Origin: Candidatus Poribacteria bacterium
Lineage (GTDB): Bacteria; Poribacteria; WGA-4E; WGA-3G
Direction: 5' to 3'
NCBI GenBank assembly: GCA_963663765.2
Contig: CAXXUA010000015.1
Span: forward strand, 32,001-96,000
Length of the DNA: 64,000 nucleotides
The translations under genes were made by a program, and so were the position numbers. Below are positions 30,315-40,936 of the stretch, piece after piece; within the stretch, counting starts at the first letter, position 1; each line of letters begins with the position of its first letter. The notes beneath the pieces are model-generated. The model saw only the letters and a program-made list of their open reading frames with translations, was not told where the DNA came from and searched no databases.

Positions 30315-31369
30315 TAGTGACATCAGTTCGCTTTCAGAACTGATGCACCTGACAACATTAGCATTAGACAACAATGAAATTAGCGATATTAGTCCGCTTG
30401 CGGAATTATCACAACTTAGAGAACTATATCTCACGGATAATAGAATTAGTGACATCAGTTCGCTTTCAAAACTGACGCACCTGATAGAATTAACATTAGA
30501 CAACAATAGAATCAGTGATATTAGTCCGCTTGCGGAATTAACAGAACTTAGAGAACTATATCTCTGGGGTAATGACATCAGTGACATTCGTCCGCTTTCA
30601 GAACTGACAAACCTTAGATTTTTATATCTCACGGATAGTGAAATTAGTGACATCAGTTCGCTTTCAGAACTGACGCACCTGATAGAATTAGCATTAGGCA
30701 ACAATAATATCAGTGATATTAGTCCGCTTGCGGAATTAACAGAACTTAGAGAACTATATCTCTGGGGTAATGAAATCAGTGACATCCGTCCGCTTTCAGA
30801 ACTGACACACCTTAGTTATTTATATCTCACGGATAATAAAATTAGTGACATCAGTTCGCTTTCAGAACTGACGCACCTGATAGAATTACCATTAGACAAC
30901 AATGACATCAGTGATATTAGTCCGCTTGCGGAGTTATCACAACTTAGAGAACTAGGTCTCAGGGATAATAAAATTAGTGACATCAGTTCGCTTTCAAAAC
31001 TGACGCACCTGAGAAGTTTAAATCTCGGTGGGAATCAAATCAATGACATCAGTTCACTTACAGTCTTCACACAACTTAAAAACCTATTTCTCTGGGGTAA
31101 TAAAATCAATGACATCAATTCACTATCAGACTTGACACAGTTGACATTTTTGTCTATTGGGGATAATGACATTAGTGATATTAGTCCAATAACAGGATTG
31201 GTAAATCTTAGGTTTTTAACTCTTAAAGGAAATCCAATAACTGATAAGACACCACTCAACACACTACTTGAGAAAAATCCAGATGTAGATATTGATATTA
31301 ATGATTAACACCTTATCAGATATATAAAAAAGTTCACTCACGTTAACTCAGAATCAAATGTATTATAGT

Positions 31370-32115
31370 CAGGAACAGGGTTATTCAGTTTTAGGTATTT
31401 TTGATGAGTGTTTACTATAACGTTAACATTATGTATTGCCATCTTGTACATGTCTTTAGTGGTTCTTTCGGCAATTAATTTTAGCATAAAATAAAATTTC
31501 AATGCTGAAGAACTCAGTAGTCATCTGTTTAAGTAGTAGATCGTCAATGGAAACATATCAGGACTTACGCACCCAACGGTAGGCGTGCTTTGTAAGCGCG
31601 CCGGAAACCTAAAAAATGCTGAAAATTATATCGTTTTCGTCTTAATTCTTGATTGGATCATGAAAACTGCGTAAGTCCTGCATATAATAAATACTTAGCA
31701 AGAAAACCATTTAGTCCCGTAGGGACGATATGTTTATAGAAAAATGTTATCTACCCCTCTTGAGTTCCGTAGGAACGGCATAGAAGAATAAACATATCGT
31801 CCCTACGGGACTAAAGAACTGGGAAGGGTACTCGTTATCTATAAACATATCGTCCCTACAGGACTAAAGACCGATGTTCATGTTTCAATAATCTAAAATT
31901 GATGTGTAAGGTGCAGTTAGGAGACCTCATTTGGGTATTAACTATCAGTCCATCTCAATTACAGAAAACTTTTAAAACTAAATAACCCTGAGTCAGGACT
32001 TACGCAGTTTTCTTGATTTAATCAAGAATTATGATGAAAATGATGCATTTATCAGCGTTTTTATGGGTTTACAGCGCGCTTACAAAGCACGCCTACAGTT
32101 TTTACGTAAGTCCTG
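31370..32115. mobile_element. nested cluster: family A MITE interrupted by family B element (31376-31990) that itself holds a family A MITE (31559-31680) and a GTCCCGTAGGGAC REP cluster (31711-31868)
   Basis: TSDs ATAGT (outer A), AGTCAGGA[A/C] (B) and CATAT (inner A). Confidence 0.8.
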
Positions 32116-32181
32116 ATAGTCATACAGCAAGTCCTGGTGTGTAAATATTTTAGCAATTGTTAGTTCATTACTAAATATTAG

Positions 32182-32303
32182 CAGGACTTACGTAGTTTTC
32201 ATGGTTTGATGAAGAATTATGACGAGAATGGTGTAAATTTCAGCATATTTTCGGTTTCCAGCGCGCTTACAAAGCGCGCCTACCGTTGGGTGCGTAAGTC
32301 CTG
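32182..32303. mobile_element. family A MITE, empty 122-bp form
   Basis: TIRs; ATTAG TSD. Confidence 0.85.
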
Positions 32304-32531
32304 ATTAGATTTGAGTTTTAGTAGGCAGAGAGTGTCCACAATCTTTATAGGGATACCCAAAACCCACAAGGACGTTATACACTGATCAGACAGTATGAAT
32401 GGAATCTAAGATTAAAATAATGAAAAAAATAAAACTAAACCTTATATAGGCAGATGAAATAATATCCTTGAAAAACATAGAAAAATATACTATAATTCTA
32501 TTAGAATTCATTTTTATAAGAGGTTGTTCTT

Positions 32532-33194
32532 GTGAATTGCGAAATCAGCGAAACCCGTATGCGAATCCTACAGTTATTAAAGATGCGCTGTAGCATGAGT
32601 GTGAGTGAACTGACAGAGGCTTTGAATATTAGTGCTATGGGGATTAGACAACATCTTTCTATTCTTGAGGAAGAAGGTCTTGTAGAATATCAACGTGTAA
32701 AACAGGGACGTGGACGGCCGCATCATCGTTATACATTAACAGAAGAAGCGAACAGTCTTTTCCCTACCACTTATGCTAATTTTGCAGTTGGTTTGATGCA
32801 AGAGGTAGCAAAGTTCAATGGTCCAGGTTTCATCAATAAAGTTTTTCGTAGTCGTATGAAATCGCAATTACAGATGTATCAACAACGACTGACTGGCAAA
32901 GACTTACTTGATCGCATAAAAGAACTTACCCAGATACGTGATGAAGAAGGTTATATGGCTCGTTATGAAGAGAAGGATGAAGAATTTGTGCTGATAGAAC
33001 ATAATTGCCCAATTGCTGCGATTGCTCAGGAATATCCTCATGTTTGTGAGATAGAATTAGCCCTTTTTCGGCAATCATTAGGTACAAAAGTGTATCGCGT
33101 AGAACATCTGATGCAGGGTAGTCACAGATGTAGTTACTGCATTCCAAAATCTGAAAGTAAAAATCAGAATTTGCAGTCACTTTCAATTAAATAA
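32532..33194 (+). CDS. SufR-like HTH transcriptional regulator (Fe-S binding)
   Basis: HTH IRQHL..LE..GLV, GRGRP, C-terminal EHNCP...C..E...C. Confidence 0.8.
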   Translation: MNCEISETRMRILQLLKMRCSMSVSELTEALNISAMGIRQHLSILEEEGLVEYQRVKQGRGRPHHRYTLTEEANSLFPTTYANFAVGLMQEVAKFNGPGFINKVFRSRMKSQLQMYQQRLTGKDLLDRIKELTQIRDEEGYMARYEEKDEEFVLIEHNCPIAAIAQEYPHVCEIELALFRQSLGTKVYRVEHLMQGSHRCSYCIPKSESKNQNLQSLSIK

Positions 33195-33238
33195 TCCAAC
33201 CAGAATTAAGGATTTCGTTGAATCCAAAGGTTACTGCA

Positions 33239-33832
33239 ATGTCCGATGAGAAAGGCAGACGTGACTTTTTCAAGGAAGCTTTCCAGCAGATCATGAAACC
33301 TGTGGCGGAATTCGTTGACGACAGAATCGGCGATCAGGATCCTGTATATGATCTCAACCGTGTTATATTGAGACCACCGGGGGCTTTACCTGAACCTGAA
33401 TTTTTAGATAAATGTCTTCGGTGTGGTAATTGTGTAAAAAACTGTCCTGCTGATGCTATTCTACCCCTACAACACCGTGATCCTACTTTAGCAAATACCC
33501 CATTTATTGACCCTGATGAACAACCTTGTGTGATCTGTGATTCGTTGGCGTGTATGTTTGTTTGTCCGAGTGGTGCATTACAAACTGTGCTTGCTGAGGA
33601 CATTAGAATGGGCCTTGCGATATTCAATGTTGACACATGTCTGCGGTCAAATTCGGTTGATTGTACCTATTGTGTGGATAGTTGTCCTATTGGCAATTCC
33701 GCGATTAAGCTCACACCTGATGGAATGGTAGAAGTGATTGAACCTGGATGTACTGGATGCGGGGTTTGTCAGTACGCATGTCCGACAGATCCGAAGTCCA
33801 TTGTGGTAGAACCGTATACACTTTCCGCTTAA
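33239..33832 (+). CDS. MauM/NapG-like polyferredoxin (4Fe-4S dicluster)
   Basis: LRPPGA, CLRCGNCVKNCP, CTYCVDSCP, CTGCGVCQYACP. Confidence 0.88.
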   Translation: MSDEKGRRDFFKEAFQQIMKPVAEFVDDRIGDQDPVYDLNRVILRPPGALPEPEFLDKCLRCGNCVKNCPADAILPLQHRDPTLANTPFIDPDEQPCVICDSLACMFVCPSGALQTVLAEDIRMGLAIFNVDTCLRSNSVDCTYCVDSCPIGNSAIKLTPDGMVEVIEPGCTGCGVCQYACPTDPKSIVVEPYTLSA

Positions 33833-33836
33833 CGTC

Positions 33837-34367
33837 ATGGTATTTATTACCCAGATTCTGTTACAAACTCCAGTAAACCCTCAAAGTCTCCGCGATATCA
33901 AACCCCCTTTGGAAATTACCGAAAACCTCCTCTCCTATTACTTTATTGGTGTTTTCTTGCTGGTAATTGTTGGTGGTGTAATTTGGTTGTATCAGAAAAA
34001 ACGCAATTATAGGAAACCGTCTACTATAGTTGATGAAGTTATTCCGCGTCCACCCCATGAAATTGCACTTGAGAAGTTGAGAATGCTTGAGTCTTCTTCG
34101 TATGATATGTTTACTTTCCATAAGCGTATTTCCTATGTCATTCGTGAGTATATTGCGCTACGCTTCCAGATACCGGCATTGGAACTGACTACTACTGGTA
34201 TTGTACAATGGATGAACCGGAAACAGATTGATGATTCAATCATTGAACGTACACATGAGTTTTTTATCAATTGCGACCATGTTAAGTTTGCAAGACATCA
34301 ACCTAAATCCACTGAAGCAGAAACAAGAATGGTTGACGCTATGCGGTTTATTAATGAAACGAAATAA
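33837..34367 (+). CDS. BatD/DUF4381-like membrane protein
   Basis: LRDIKPP, single TM, PHEIALEKL, REYI..RF...ALELTT, D.VKFA. Confidence 0.65.
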   Translation: MVFITQILLQTPVNPQSLRDIKPPLEITENLLSYYFIGVFLLVIVGGVIWLYQKKRNYRKPSTIVDEVIPRPPHEIALEKLRMLESSSYDMFTFHKRISYVIREYIALRFQIPALELTTTGIVQWMNRKQIDDSIIERTHEFFINCDHVKFARHQPKSTEAETRMVDAMRFINETK

Positions 34368-34530
34368 CATTGAATAATTTTGTTAACGAATATTTCAAAC
34401 AATGTCACTCAAAGAATTGTCCAAATTATAGTTCTCAGATCAGGCGCTGTGGATTTCTAAAGAATGGGAACAGTTGACAATGATAAGACACGGTGGCTCA
34501 GTTCTACAACGCATGATGTCTCATTTGCTG

Positions 34531-35562
34531 TTATTCGTTTAGGTCCCATAATCGGAGTGTACCGTCCTCACAGCCACTTGCGAGTGTGTTACCATCCGGA
34601 TGATACGCTATTGACCGGACAATATCCGTATGTCCTGTGAGTGTGCGAATAAGATTACGCGAATTGACATCCCATAAAATGATTGTATTGTCATGACTTC
34701 CACTTGCGAGTACGTTGCCATTCGGACTAAACATTATTGACTCAACACCATCCGTATGCCCTGTGAGTGTGTGGAGATGTGTACCCGTTTCAGGATCCCA
34801 TATACGGATGGTATCGTCAGTACTGCTACTGAAGATTGAGTTTCCATCCGGACTATATGTTACTGTAGTGACAAAACTCTCATGCCCTGTGAGTGTGCGA
34901 AGATGTGTACCCGTTTTCACATCCCATAACCTTATGGTGCGGTCAAAACTACCACTGACGAGTATGTTACCATCCTGACTAAACGCTACGGACGACACTC
35001 CGGCCGTATGTCCTGTAAGTGTGTGTAGATGTGCACCTGTCATAGGATCCCATAAACGTATGGTGTTATCACCACTACCACTGGCGAGAGTTGCACCATC
35101 CTGACTAAATGCAATGCTAATAACCCCATCCGTATGTCCTATGAGTGTGCGTAAATGCGCACCCGTGTTAGGATCCCATAGCCTGACGGTTTTATCCCAA
35201 CTGCAACTGGCGAGTGTGTTCCCATCAGGATGAAACGTTACGGTCAAAACATTGTGCGTGTGTGCTGTGAGTGTGTGGATCACTGTACCTGTGTTTGTAT
35301 TCCATAACCTAACAGTGTAGTCCCTACTTCCACTGGCGAGTATTGTTCCATCAGGACTAAATGTTACGGACGAAACACTGTCCTCGTGCCTGTCGATTAT
35401 TCCAGTGAAAATTTCATCGGGTGGTGTTGGTTGTTGTGTTTCATCGGGTGGTGTCGGTTGTTGTGTTTCATCGGGTGGTGTTGTGTCAACACTATCATCC
35501 GCACCACAACCCATAATAGTAATGGAGAACAGAAAGGTGATTATATAGATAATTCTTTTCAT
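34531..35562 (-). CDS. WD40-repeat lipoprotein
   Basis: Lipobox MGC, seven GH...V.FSPDG..LASGS.D.T.RLWD repeats. Confidence 0.92.
   Translation of the reverse strand: MKRIIYIITFLFSITIMGCGADDSVDTTPPDETQQPTPPDETQQPTPPDEIFTGIIDRHEDSVSSVTFSPDGTILASGSRDYTVRLWNTNTGTVIHTLTAHTHNVLTVTFHPDGNTLASCSWDKTVRLWDPNTGAHLRTLIGHTDGVISIAFSQDGATLASGSGDNTIRLWDPMTGAHLHTLTGHTAGVSSVAFSQDGNILVSGSFDRTIRLWDVKTGTHLRTLTGHESFVTTVTYSPDGNSIFSSSTDDTIRIWDPETGTHLHTLTGHTDGVESIMFSPNGNVLASGSHDNTIILWDVNSRNLIRTLTGHTDIVRSIAYHPDGNTLASGCEDGTLRLWDLNE
35412..35482. repeat. 27-bp coding tandem repeat (TPPDETQQP linker)
   Basis: About 2.6 copies of tttcatcgggtggtgt(t/c)ggttgttgtg. Confidence 0.85.
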
Positions 35563-36083
35563 ATTTTTTCCTTTTTTGTTTCAAATCTATTGAAGATAAT
35601 AAACGTTGCTATAACACGGTCATTATGTCAATTTAGAGTTACACGTTCCACCATATAAGACACAAGGATGAAGTTCCTGTTGCACTTTCCCAGCTATATT
35701 TCAGATATTTTCCATGTCAGAACGGAAAAAATTTTCAACACACAAGATGAGATACACATGAATCCGCACACCAGGAGTTATTTGAAGATAAATACAAAAG
35801 GTACATACACGAATATAAAAAACATAGAGTGTTCTAACATATCAAACCTCAAAACAAACCACTGAATGTCATGAGTAGTTCATTTAATGTTCTGCTGGAG
35901 AAACTAAAAGTCATAATAATGAATTTGGGAATGCTTGTCAAGTGTATTATTTTGGTCTGACAGCAGGTTTATTTTTTGTGAATGAAAATTATCAGGACTC
36001 ACGCAAAAACGGTAGATAGAGAATTTGGGTTGAAAACCCCTCCTACAAGAGTACACAATAATTGAATATCTCTGATCAGTAGT

Positions 36084-36698
36084 GGGTGCGTAAAGTTTTT
36101 GCACAGAGGTACTAACTTTTGTTCTCTTTAGTCCCGTAGGGACGCAATGTTTATAGAAAGACGTTATCACATCCCCTCTCTTTAGTTCCGTAGGAACGGC
36201 ATAGAAGGATAAACATATCGTCCCTACCAAATCAACGCCAAATGCGCGTATGGCATTTGTCGGGACTAAAAAGACGTGGGGATATGTATTTCTATAAACA
36301 TATCGTCCCTACGGGACTGAAGAATATGGTTAATATTAACAATATTTCTTTATATTGACACCTAATGAAGTTTGACCATCAAAATCGGTAGTTGTATTCG
36401 TAGGGGTTGGGTTCCCCAACCCGTTTGTTTCTTGAGTTTGCGTAGATCATTTGGGGAAACCACGCCGCGACGAATACACAACTTGAACGTCAAAACTCAT
36501 TAGGACTCTGTGTCCACAATCTCTCATTTAATCAGTTGCGGCGGGGCGCAGAGACTCGGGGAATGCCTAAAGAAGCATGCGCGTATGGCATGCTCCATGA
36601 TTCATACCCGGGGAATGCCAAAAGGCATTCATACCTTTGATTTCTTGATTTCGCCCTACAATGGAGAGTGGGATGTTGTGCAAAAACTTTACACACCC
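36084..36698. mobile_element. non-autonomous composite MITE with ISKra4-like TIRs (copy 2)
   Basis: GGGTGCGTAAAGTTTTTGCAC ... GTGCAAAAACTTTACACACCC; 9-bp TSD ATCAGTAGT. Confidence 0.9.
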
Positions 36699-36997
36699 AT
36701 CAGTAGTGAATATGACTTGATTTATACTGATTACAGTGTTATAATGCAAAAAAGTATAACATACAAAGTGACCATGTTTTAGATTCACATAGGTTACATT
36801 TTAGAATTTATTTGGGTTTCATAAACTTTTTGGTCTGTATCGTAAACGAACAGATCATACGTATCGTTATCTGTAGAAATCAACAATAGCATAGTAAACT
36901 GTAAACGAAAAAAGGGTGTATTTCAAAAACTCATTGGTGTGGGTCTTGATAGATAAAGAAGAGAACATGAGAATAACAAGCAAGTGAGGAATAAATT

Positions 36998-37777
36998 ATG
37001 AAACGCGCAATACATGGCACAATCTTAATTGTAGTGGTGTTATTGTTTTTTCTTGGAATCATGAGTAAGGAAAGTGACGCAGAAGTTACAAGTTTGAAAA
37101 TAGAGATTTCGGATGTCGTGAGTTTTAGGGATGCAATACAGATTAGACGTTTGCTTGCTCCGTGGGCAGACCCAGAAGATATTACCTTCCATACGCCTAT
37201 AGGTAAGAATGGGAAGAAAAGAGTGTTTACGACAGTCGTTGAAATAAAACCGAGATCTGGAGTATCTAAATACCGTGAGACACATACTTTTGATGTCTAC
37301 AACATTACGCGTCAGTTGAGGGATTCACGTTATCGGGGTCGGCACGGATTAGGACAAGTTCGACTTTTGAAGACTGAAGCAGAAATCAGAGGTGACATGT
37401 TTACACATCCTGGTTTCTCACGTGGCGGTATACGAGAAATACCTGCTTGGGCGCGTTGGAGACCGCAGACTTCCGAGATACATCATGCTTTAAGTGTAGG
37501 TCGTAGCGGACAGAATTTCGTCTTTAAGTCAACTCCTGAATTTGATCAACTTCGGCATGATGTTGTGAATAATAATAATAATAAGGTAGAAATACAGGGT
37601 GAGATTACCGGTTTTGATGGTCCGTATCCGATCATGCGTGTTCGTAGATATAAAGTCGGTTTTCGCGCCAAACAGCAATCTAAACCTACTGAATCACAAC
37701 CGATGAATGGTGAGCAACCCTCTGAGGAGCAAAAACCGAAGTACGACTATATTGAATTTAATCAACCAGATCGGTAG
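36998..37777 (+). CDS. hypothetical secreted protein
   Basis: GAGG RBS, signal peptide, no recognised family. Confidence 0.7.
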   Translation: MKRAIHGTILIVVVLLFFLGIMSKESDAEVTSLKIEISDVVSFRDAIQIRRLLAPWADPEDITFHTPIGKNGKKRVFTTVVEIKPRSGVSKYRETHTFDVYNITRQLRDSRYRGRHGLGQVRLLKTEAEIRGDMFTHPGFSRGGIREIPAWARWRPQTSEIHHALSVGRSGQNFVFKSTPEFDQLRHDVVNNNNNKVEIQGEITGFDGPYPIMRVRRYKVGFRAKQQSKPTESQPMNGEQPSEEQKPKYDYIEFNQPDR

Positions 37778-37792
37778 TAATGGCCTTTTACG

Positions 37793-38067
37793 CAGGACTT
37801 TCGCAGTTATCTTGATTTAATCAAGATATGTGATGAAAATGATGTAATTATCAGCATTTTTATGGGTTTTCAGAACGCTTTCAAAGCACCAAATCAAGAA
37901 ATCAACGGTATGAATGCCTTTTGACATTCCCCGGGTATGAATGCCTTTTGACATTCCCCGGGTATGAATGCCTTTTGACATTCCCCGGGTATGAATGCCT
38001 TTTGACATTCCCCGGGTATGAATGCCTTTTAGGCATTCACCGCCTACCGTTTCTGCGAAAAATCTTG
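37793..38067. mobile_element. family A MITE with five tandem 27-nt hairpin units
   Basis: Degenerate TIRs; gggtatgaatgccttttgacattcccc tandem units at ~37908-38041. Confidence 0.8.
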
Positions 38068-38117
38068 GTATTATTCTGTGTATTTTGGTTATAGACTCAC
38101 AGTGTGACGGAATAGTT

Positions 38118-39269
38118 TTATGCTTGAAAGCCACCAGTGTTAAACAAGACAATTTGATCAGAAGGATTGATTATACCTTTTTCCAATAGTGGATTGAGTG
38201 CAGCGACTGTAGCTGCACCTTCTGGACAAGTGAGTAAACCTTCTGTTGTAGGCAGTACTTGCATAGCATTGTGTATTGCATTGTCCGAGACTGCAATTGC
38301 AGCCCCCTTACTCTTGCGAACTGCTTCTAATATCAGAAAGTCCCCGATCGCTTGTGGTACTCGCAAACCGCTTGCGATTGTTTGTGCATCTATCCACGGT
38401 TCAGCAGTTTGCATATCCTTTTCCCATGCCTTTACAATAGGTGCACAACCCGCTGCTTGAACAGAGATGAATCGTGGTCTTTTTTTGCCTATCCAACCGA
38501 TTGCTTCCAATTCGTTAAACGCTTTCCACATTCCAACTATTCCTGTACCGCCACCTGTTGGGTATACGATAACATCAGGTAGTTTCCAACCAAGTTGTTC
38601 CGCGAGTTCAAACCCCATTGTTTTTTTACCTTCCACACGATATGGTTCTTTTAGCGTGGAAACATCAAACCATCCGTTATCTTCTTTTCTTTCAGCAACT
38701 ATCTTACCTGCATCTGTGATGAGACCATCAATCAAGGTAACATTTGCCCTCGCAAGTTGACATGTCTTTATATTAAAGGAGGGTGTATCCTTAGGCATAA
38801 ATATGTGTGCGGGAATACCAGCACATGCAGCATAAACTGACAAGGCAGTTGCTGCGTTTCCAGCAGATGGTATCGCTAAGTTTTTAATTTCAAGCTCTTT
38901 TGCTTTTGAGACAGCCATCGCCAAGCCTCGTGCCTTGAAACTACCAGTCGGTAAACGGGATTCATCTTTGATCCAAAGTTCTGGCAAACCGAGTTGATTA
39001 CCCAGTCTTTTTGCATGAACAAGAGGTGTAATCGTTTCAGCAAGAGATACTATGTTTGTAGTATTACAGATTGGTAGAAGTTCGCGATAACGCCAGAATG
39101 ATGGTTCTCTGGCAAGGAGTGAATTGGGTTTCCAAGTATTCGTTAATTCATCAAGATTATATCGCGCAAACAACGGTTTTCCACATGAATAGCAAACGTT
39201 TTGGGGTTTCTCATGAGGATAGATTTCTTTACATTTGCTACATTCAAGATGTTGTAAATAGTGCTTCAT
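38118..39269 (-). CDS. thrC: threonine synthase (PLP, fold type II)
   Basis: N-terminal Cys pairs, PTGSFKAR, SAGNA, RVEGKKT, PTGGG, FNTG. Confidence 0.85.
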   Translation of the reverse strand: MKHYLQHLECSKCKEIYPHEKPQNVCYSCGKPLFARYNLDELTNTWKPNSLLAREPSFWRYRELLPICNTTNIVSLAETITPLVHAKRLGNQLGLPELWIKDESRLPTGSFKARGLAMAVSKAKELEIKNLAIPSAGNAATALSVYAACAGIPAHIFMPKDTPSFNIKTCQLARANVTLIDGLITDAGKIVAERKEDNGWFDVSTLKEPYRVEGKKTMGFELAEQLGWKLPDVIVYPTGGGTGIVGMWKAFNELEAIGWIGKKRPRFISVQAAGCAPIVKAWEKDMQTAEPWIDAQTIASGLRVPQAIGDFLILEAVRKSKGAAIAVSDNAIHNAMQVLPTTEGLLTCPEGAATVAALNPLLEKGIINPSDQIVLFNTGGFQA

Positions 39270-39330
39270 GCTAAGTATTACTTGGGTGTAATTGAAACTG
39301 TCAGAGTTGAGTGAGATCACCACTGATTTC

Positions 39331-40425
39331 TTATTCTGCAGTCAATGATGTCCCTGTTTCTGGATGGAATAGATGGATTTTGTCAACATCAAAACTGACT
39401 GTCAATGATGTGTTGTTTTGTGGTAATGTTGATTGGTTCGTTTGTACAACAAAACTGTTTTTCTCAGTTCGTAGATAGAGGATGGTGTGATTTCCAAGTG
39501 GTTCAACAAGTTCTACATGCGCTTGAATCTGATTGTTACCATTACCGTTAACATGTATGTCCTCTGGACGGATGCCGAGTGTAACTGAGTTTTCTGAAAG
39601 TTTACTTAGACAAGATTGCATTGCATGATTCATATCTACCGTAAACTCCTCAATCCTCAGTTTAGAAGTGCCTCCGTTTTTTTCAATGTGAGTGTTAATC
39701 AAGTTCATCGGTGGCGTGCCGATAAAACCAGCAACGAATTTGTTAGCGGGTTTGTGATATAGTCTACTTGGTTTCGCAATCTGTTGGATTTTCCCCTCAT
39801 TGAGCACGACAATCTGATCTCCCATCGTCATTGCTTCAACTTGGTCGTGTGTGACATAAACAATCGTAGCATTGAGCCGGTCATGTAGACGACTAATTTC
39901 CATCCGCATTTGAACACGTAGCTTTGCATCAAGGTTGCTGAGTGGTTCATCAAATAAGAACACTTTTGGTTGTCGAACGATTGCTCTACCGACAGCGACC
40001 CGTTGACGTTCACCACCTGATAGTTTTTTCGGTTTGCGGTTCAATAAGTGCGTTATACTAAGTATTTCTGCTGCTTCATTTACACGTTGATCAATTTCGG
40101 TTTTAGGATATTTGCGGAGTTTCAATCCAAACGCCATGTTCTTGTATACCGTCATATGCGGATAGAGTGCATAGTTCTGGAAGACCATAGCGATATCTCT
40201 ATCTTTCGGGGGGATGTCATTAACGTGTTCGTCATCAATATAGATATCGCCTGAGGTAATCTCCTCAAGTCCAGCGATCATTCGCAAAATCGTGGATTTA
40301 CCACACCCCGATGGACCGACAAGTACAGTAAACGATTCATCGGGAATGTGGATACCTGCTTTATCAACAGCAAGAACATCACCATCATATATTTTTGTGA
40401 TGTCTTTCAATATGACTTGTGCCAT
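39331..40425 (-). CDS. carbohydrate ABC transporter ATPase (UgpC/MalK)
   Basis: GPSGCGKS, FQNYALYPH, LSGG, DEPLSNLD, TOBE tail. Confidence 0.93.
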   Translation of the reverse strand: MAQVILKDITKIYDGDVLAVDKAGIHIPDESFTVLVGPSGCGKSTILRMIAGLEEITSGDIYIDDEHVNDIPPKDRDIAMVFQNYALYPHMTVYKNMAFGLKLRKYPKTEIDQRVNEAAEILSITHLLNRKPKKLSGGERQRVAVGRAIVRQPKVFLFDEPLSNLDAKLRVQMRMEISRLHDRLNATIVYVTHDQVEAMTMGDQIVVLNEGKIQQIAKPSRLYHKPANKFVAGFIGTPPMNLINTHIEKNGGTSKLRIEEFTVDMNHAMQSCLSKLSENSVTLGIRPEDIHVNGNGNNQIQAHVELVEPLGNHTILYLRTEKNSFVVQTNQSTLPQNNTSLTVSFDVDKIHLFHPETGTSLTAE

Positions 40426-40483
40426 TGTTCATCCTTTAGCAGATTTCTTGCGTTGAGAAATACGTAAATATGGGTCGGAAGAT

Positions 40484-40936
40484 CTACTTTTCTGCATTAA
40501 ACATCAAAGGTGTAAGAACAATGATAAATGGGATAATGAATATCAATGAATTTCTTGAGAGAAACGTTAATATATTGTCTTTTTTTCTCATTTTGATACG
40601 GTCAAAGATATCACCGCCGGGAGCAAGGACCTTAGATTTACCAACCCTCTCACCATACCCATCCTTAGAATAACTTACTGTGTAACGGCCAGCAGGTAAA
40701 TTCGCTAATTTGTACTCACCCTTTTTATCAGTTTGGGTAGTATATTCTTTTTCTGTCGCTAAAGATACAACTGTAACATTAACTCCGGGAATTGGATTTA
40801 ATTCAGGAGTTGTATCAACGACTGCACCTCTTATTGTTCCCCCGTTTACAGCCTTTACTTGTGCTGTCGTACTGCTATTTCCTAACAATATTATAAAAGC
40901 AACTAACATCAAGCTAGTAGCGTTACGAATAATCAT
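40484..40936 (-). CDS. carboxypeptidase-regulatory-like (CnaB-type) domain protein with C-terminal TM
   Basis: GTIRG.V.D, PIPGV.V, TD..G.Y, LPAGRYTV. Confidence 0.75.
   Translation of the reverse strand: MIIRNATSLMLVAFIILLGNSSTTAQVKAVNGGTIRGAVVDTTPELNPIPGVNVTVVSLATEKEYTTQTDKKGEYKLANLPAGRYTVSYSKDGYGERVGKSKVLAPGGDIFDRIKMRKKDNILTFLSRNSLIFIIPFIIVLTPLMFNAEK

Larger units (their letters stand above)
28837..31308 (+). pseudogene. internalin-like leucine-rich-repeat lipoprotein interrupted by IS5
   Basis: Lipobox FMGC, 22-aa repeats LxxLxLxxNxISDISPL; removing the IS and one TA gives 28837-29437 + 30317-31308 = 1593 nt in frame. Confidence 0.9.

Noticed and set aside
30300-31262. Antisense MSLISL-repeat ORFs (also 28986, 29292)
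   Set aside because: Shadow frames of the LRR gene
37890-38041. Palindromic 27-nt tandem units as a mini-CRISPR
   Set aside because: Units are contiguous without spacers and belong to the nested mini-element
37817-38152. ORFs with GIHTRGM repeats (also 19834, 21692, 21812, 36510, 36567, 53566, 59916)
   Set aside because: They are translations of MITE and mini-element DNA, with no evidence of being genes
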